Assembly: GCF_006345805.1 (NCBI RefSeq)
Contig: NC_043008.1
Coordinates: forward strand, 52,514,001-52,578,000
Reading direction: 5' to 3'
Origin: Octopus sinensis
Taxonomy: Eukaryota
Length of the DNA stretch: 64,000 bases
Part shown: positions 62,682 through 64,000 of the stretch, piece after piece
How positions within the stretch are numbered: position 1 is the stretch's first letter
Layout of the letters: each line of letters opens with the position of its first letter
Made by a program: the position numbers and the translations under genes
Notes under the pieces: model-generated
What the model was told of the DNA's origin: nothing
What the model saw: only the letters and a program-made list of their open reading frames with translations
Database searches by the model: none

Positions 62682-63676
62682 TACTATACACACACACAGA
62701 CTTTTATATGTATTTATATATATGTGTGTTTGTATGTATGATGATGATGGACTCCCCTGTCAAAGATGATGTACTAACGTTCAGTTTTTTGTATGATGAA
62801 CTGCACAAATGATTTGTTTATAGTAATTATATGTACGTGCTGTACATTAGTTCACTCCCTCCATCAAATCAATGTTGTTTGAACAGGTGCACAATATACC
62901 ACATGTCAGTTGTTGAAATGATTATAGAGCAACATGAGGTGAAGTGTTTTGCTCAACAACCTTGTGCAAAATGTATACATTTATTAGCATCATCGTTATC
63001 ATTTAATGCCCATTTTCCATGCTAGCATGAGCTGAATTTAAAGAGACAGAAGTAAAATATTCTCAATAAAAATTTCTGATTTCAAATCAATAACATAATT
63101 TACATTTGAAATACTAATACAGAAGTATTGAGTAATATGGAGTAAATTCAGCAGCAAATAATAACTTACAATACATTGGATTAAGAACTCTTTGGATGTG
63201 AAGAAAGGCAGAAAACTGTCTCCAGAAGTGAGATGCACATCATCTGTAACCCTGACAGCTTTCTTCCTATTTTCCTTTCAAAGAGTTTTCAACTGTGTTA
63301 TAAGACATTATTTATCACTAAATGTGCTTCAAGATACATCATTAACAAAGCCTTTTTGACACAGAAAAAATTACTGCATCTCTATGACTAACCACAGTAT
63401 TTCTTTGACATGGCCTAAACAAATCAAACGAAGAGATCATTATAAAACAATGTTGAAACATTATGAGCAATAGGTGTTAACTATTTGAACAAGAGAGAGA
63501 TCAATAATTCAATTACAAAATATCTTTCTTTTTCTTCTTACCTTTTGAAAACACTAAATGCGAAAATTTGTGACAGAGTTTCAAATAAAGCAGATATGAA
63601 GAAATTTAAGAATCGGTTGCCTGAGAGCCTGGTTGTCATTAAATAAAGTCCATAGTAGGTCAGTGAACAGACAAAA
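54752..63676 (-). CDS. SLC22-family (organic cation/anion/zwitterion) MFS transporter, last five coding exons; 5' part lies beyond the window
   Basis: complement(join 63542-63676, 61013-61098, 59601-59718, 57226-57298, 54752-54943), GT-AG and phase-consistent; FVCSLTYYGL..NFFISAL, ELFPTDVRN, SRLGQIIAPF and LPETLNKQLPQTVED are SLC22 signatures. Confidence 0.92.
55270..55445 (+). mobile_element. RTE LINE relic in last SLC22 intron
   Basis: KASAFGRM..KHL..VYETSVLNSLLYSSKPWVTY resembles RTE KASAAFGRL..VYEACVLSILLYGSETW. Confidence 0.65.
56360..56765 (-). mobile_element. SINE family B
   Basis: Full-length family match. Confidence 0.85.
57226..57298 (-). CDS. SLC22 exon (R-NVGSALASIASRLGQIIAPFVRFL, TM11)
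   Basis: Acceptor TTTCAG|, donor |GTAAGT, 73 nt, phase 2-0. Confidence 0.92.
57901..58132 (+). mobile_element. SINE family A
   Basis: Near-consensus copy. Confidence 0.88.
58638..58872 (+). mobile_element. SINE family A
   Basis: Near-consensus copy. Confidence 0.88.
59183..59403 (-). mobile_element. SINE family A, inverted relative to the two preceding copies
   Basis: Reverse complement with a small internal deletion. Confidence 0.85.
59601..59718 (-). CDS. SLC22 exon (SDIALLASTGFSFLGTFGISAAFLLVGIYVTELFPTDV-R, TM10)
   Basis: Acceptor TTCTTTCAG|, donor |GTAAAT, 118 nt, phase 1-2. Confidence 0.92.
59905..60115. repeat. Degenerate ~43-bp minisatellite, about 5 copies
   Basis: Recurring GGGAAAC..TGCAGTACCTGTCAAAAATGATGGAGTTTATTT-like unit. 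Confidence 0.7.
61013..61098 (-). CDS. SLC22 exon (R-FSRKSCCIGCLSFTGIVLIIAVLLRTFS, TM9)
   Basis: Acceptor TTTCTTACAG|, donor |GTAAGA, 86 nt, phase 2-1. Confidence 0.9.
61305..61892. repeat. ~590-bp (TACA)n microsatellite
   Basis: Direct reading; explains the MYVC-repeat ORFs. Confidence 0.97.
63542..63676 (-). CDS. SLC22 exon (FVCSLTYYGLYLMTTRLSGNRFLNFFISALFETLSQIFAFSVFK, TM7-8)
   Basis: Acceptor CCTTGTCTAG|, donor |GTAAGA, 135 nt, phase 2-2. Confidence 0.92.
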
Positions 63677-64000
63677 CTAGACAAGGAAAGAAAAAGGTAT
63701 TAGAAAACATAACAATGATCTTTGAAGTCAACAATGTAGATTCATTGATATAACAAAAATAATGACAATAATTTTTATGCATTTAGCAGTAGATTTAAGC
63801 AATGATAGGTGCAATACCACCTGCAGTATATATATACAGGATGTGATGGATAAATTGCTGCTATTTTATATTTTTAATTTCGTGCATATGCATTGTTTGT
63901 TTTTGATTTTGTCACTCACACAGTTTGGTAGGGTCAGTTGGGCACTGTCTTTGAGAAAAACAGCACCATGACACAATTCACTCAGCCAGGAATTTGGAAA

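Noticed and set aside
63915-64000. Next upstream SLC22 exon ending at a GTGAGT donor
   Set aside because: The only open frame does not resemble the expected DLFRTP..LR..T..W region; left uncalled.

Overview
AT-rich, microsatellite- and transposon-dense animal genomic DNA. The SINE, RTE and (TA)n/(TACA)n repertoire looks like an octopus/coleoid cephalopod (inference from recalled repeat families, not verified). Two spliced genes were reconstructed by hand with GT-AG introns and consistent phases. (1) A complete 7-exon alpha-arrestin (ARRDC-type, 414 aa, poly-Cys patch, C-terminal PPAY) on + at 11663-45515, with a 23.8 kb first intron. (2) The last five coding exons of an SLC22-family MFS transporter on - at 54752-63676, convergent with it and running off the window. 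The rest is mobile DNA: tRNA-derived SINEs, RTE/CR1/CRE LINE relics, DD34D mariner, DD37D maT, Tc1 and hAT relics, a Merlin-like MITE, several foldbacks and a 42-bp minisatellite. The most notable signal is a set of type I hammerhead-ribozyme motifs from several Penelope/retrozyme-like repeat families. These include a ~535-bp tandem array with one intact-looking hammerhead per full unit (21695-23295) and a 1.4-kb near-perfect palindrome with a hammerhead in each arm (6883-8267). All structures were read by eye; no folding or database search was run.
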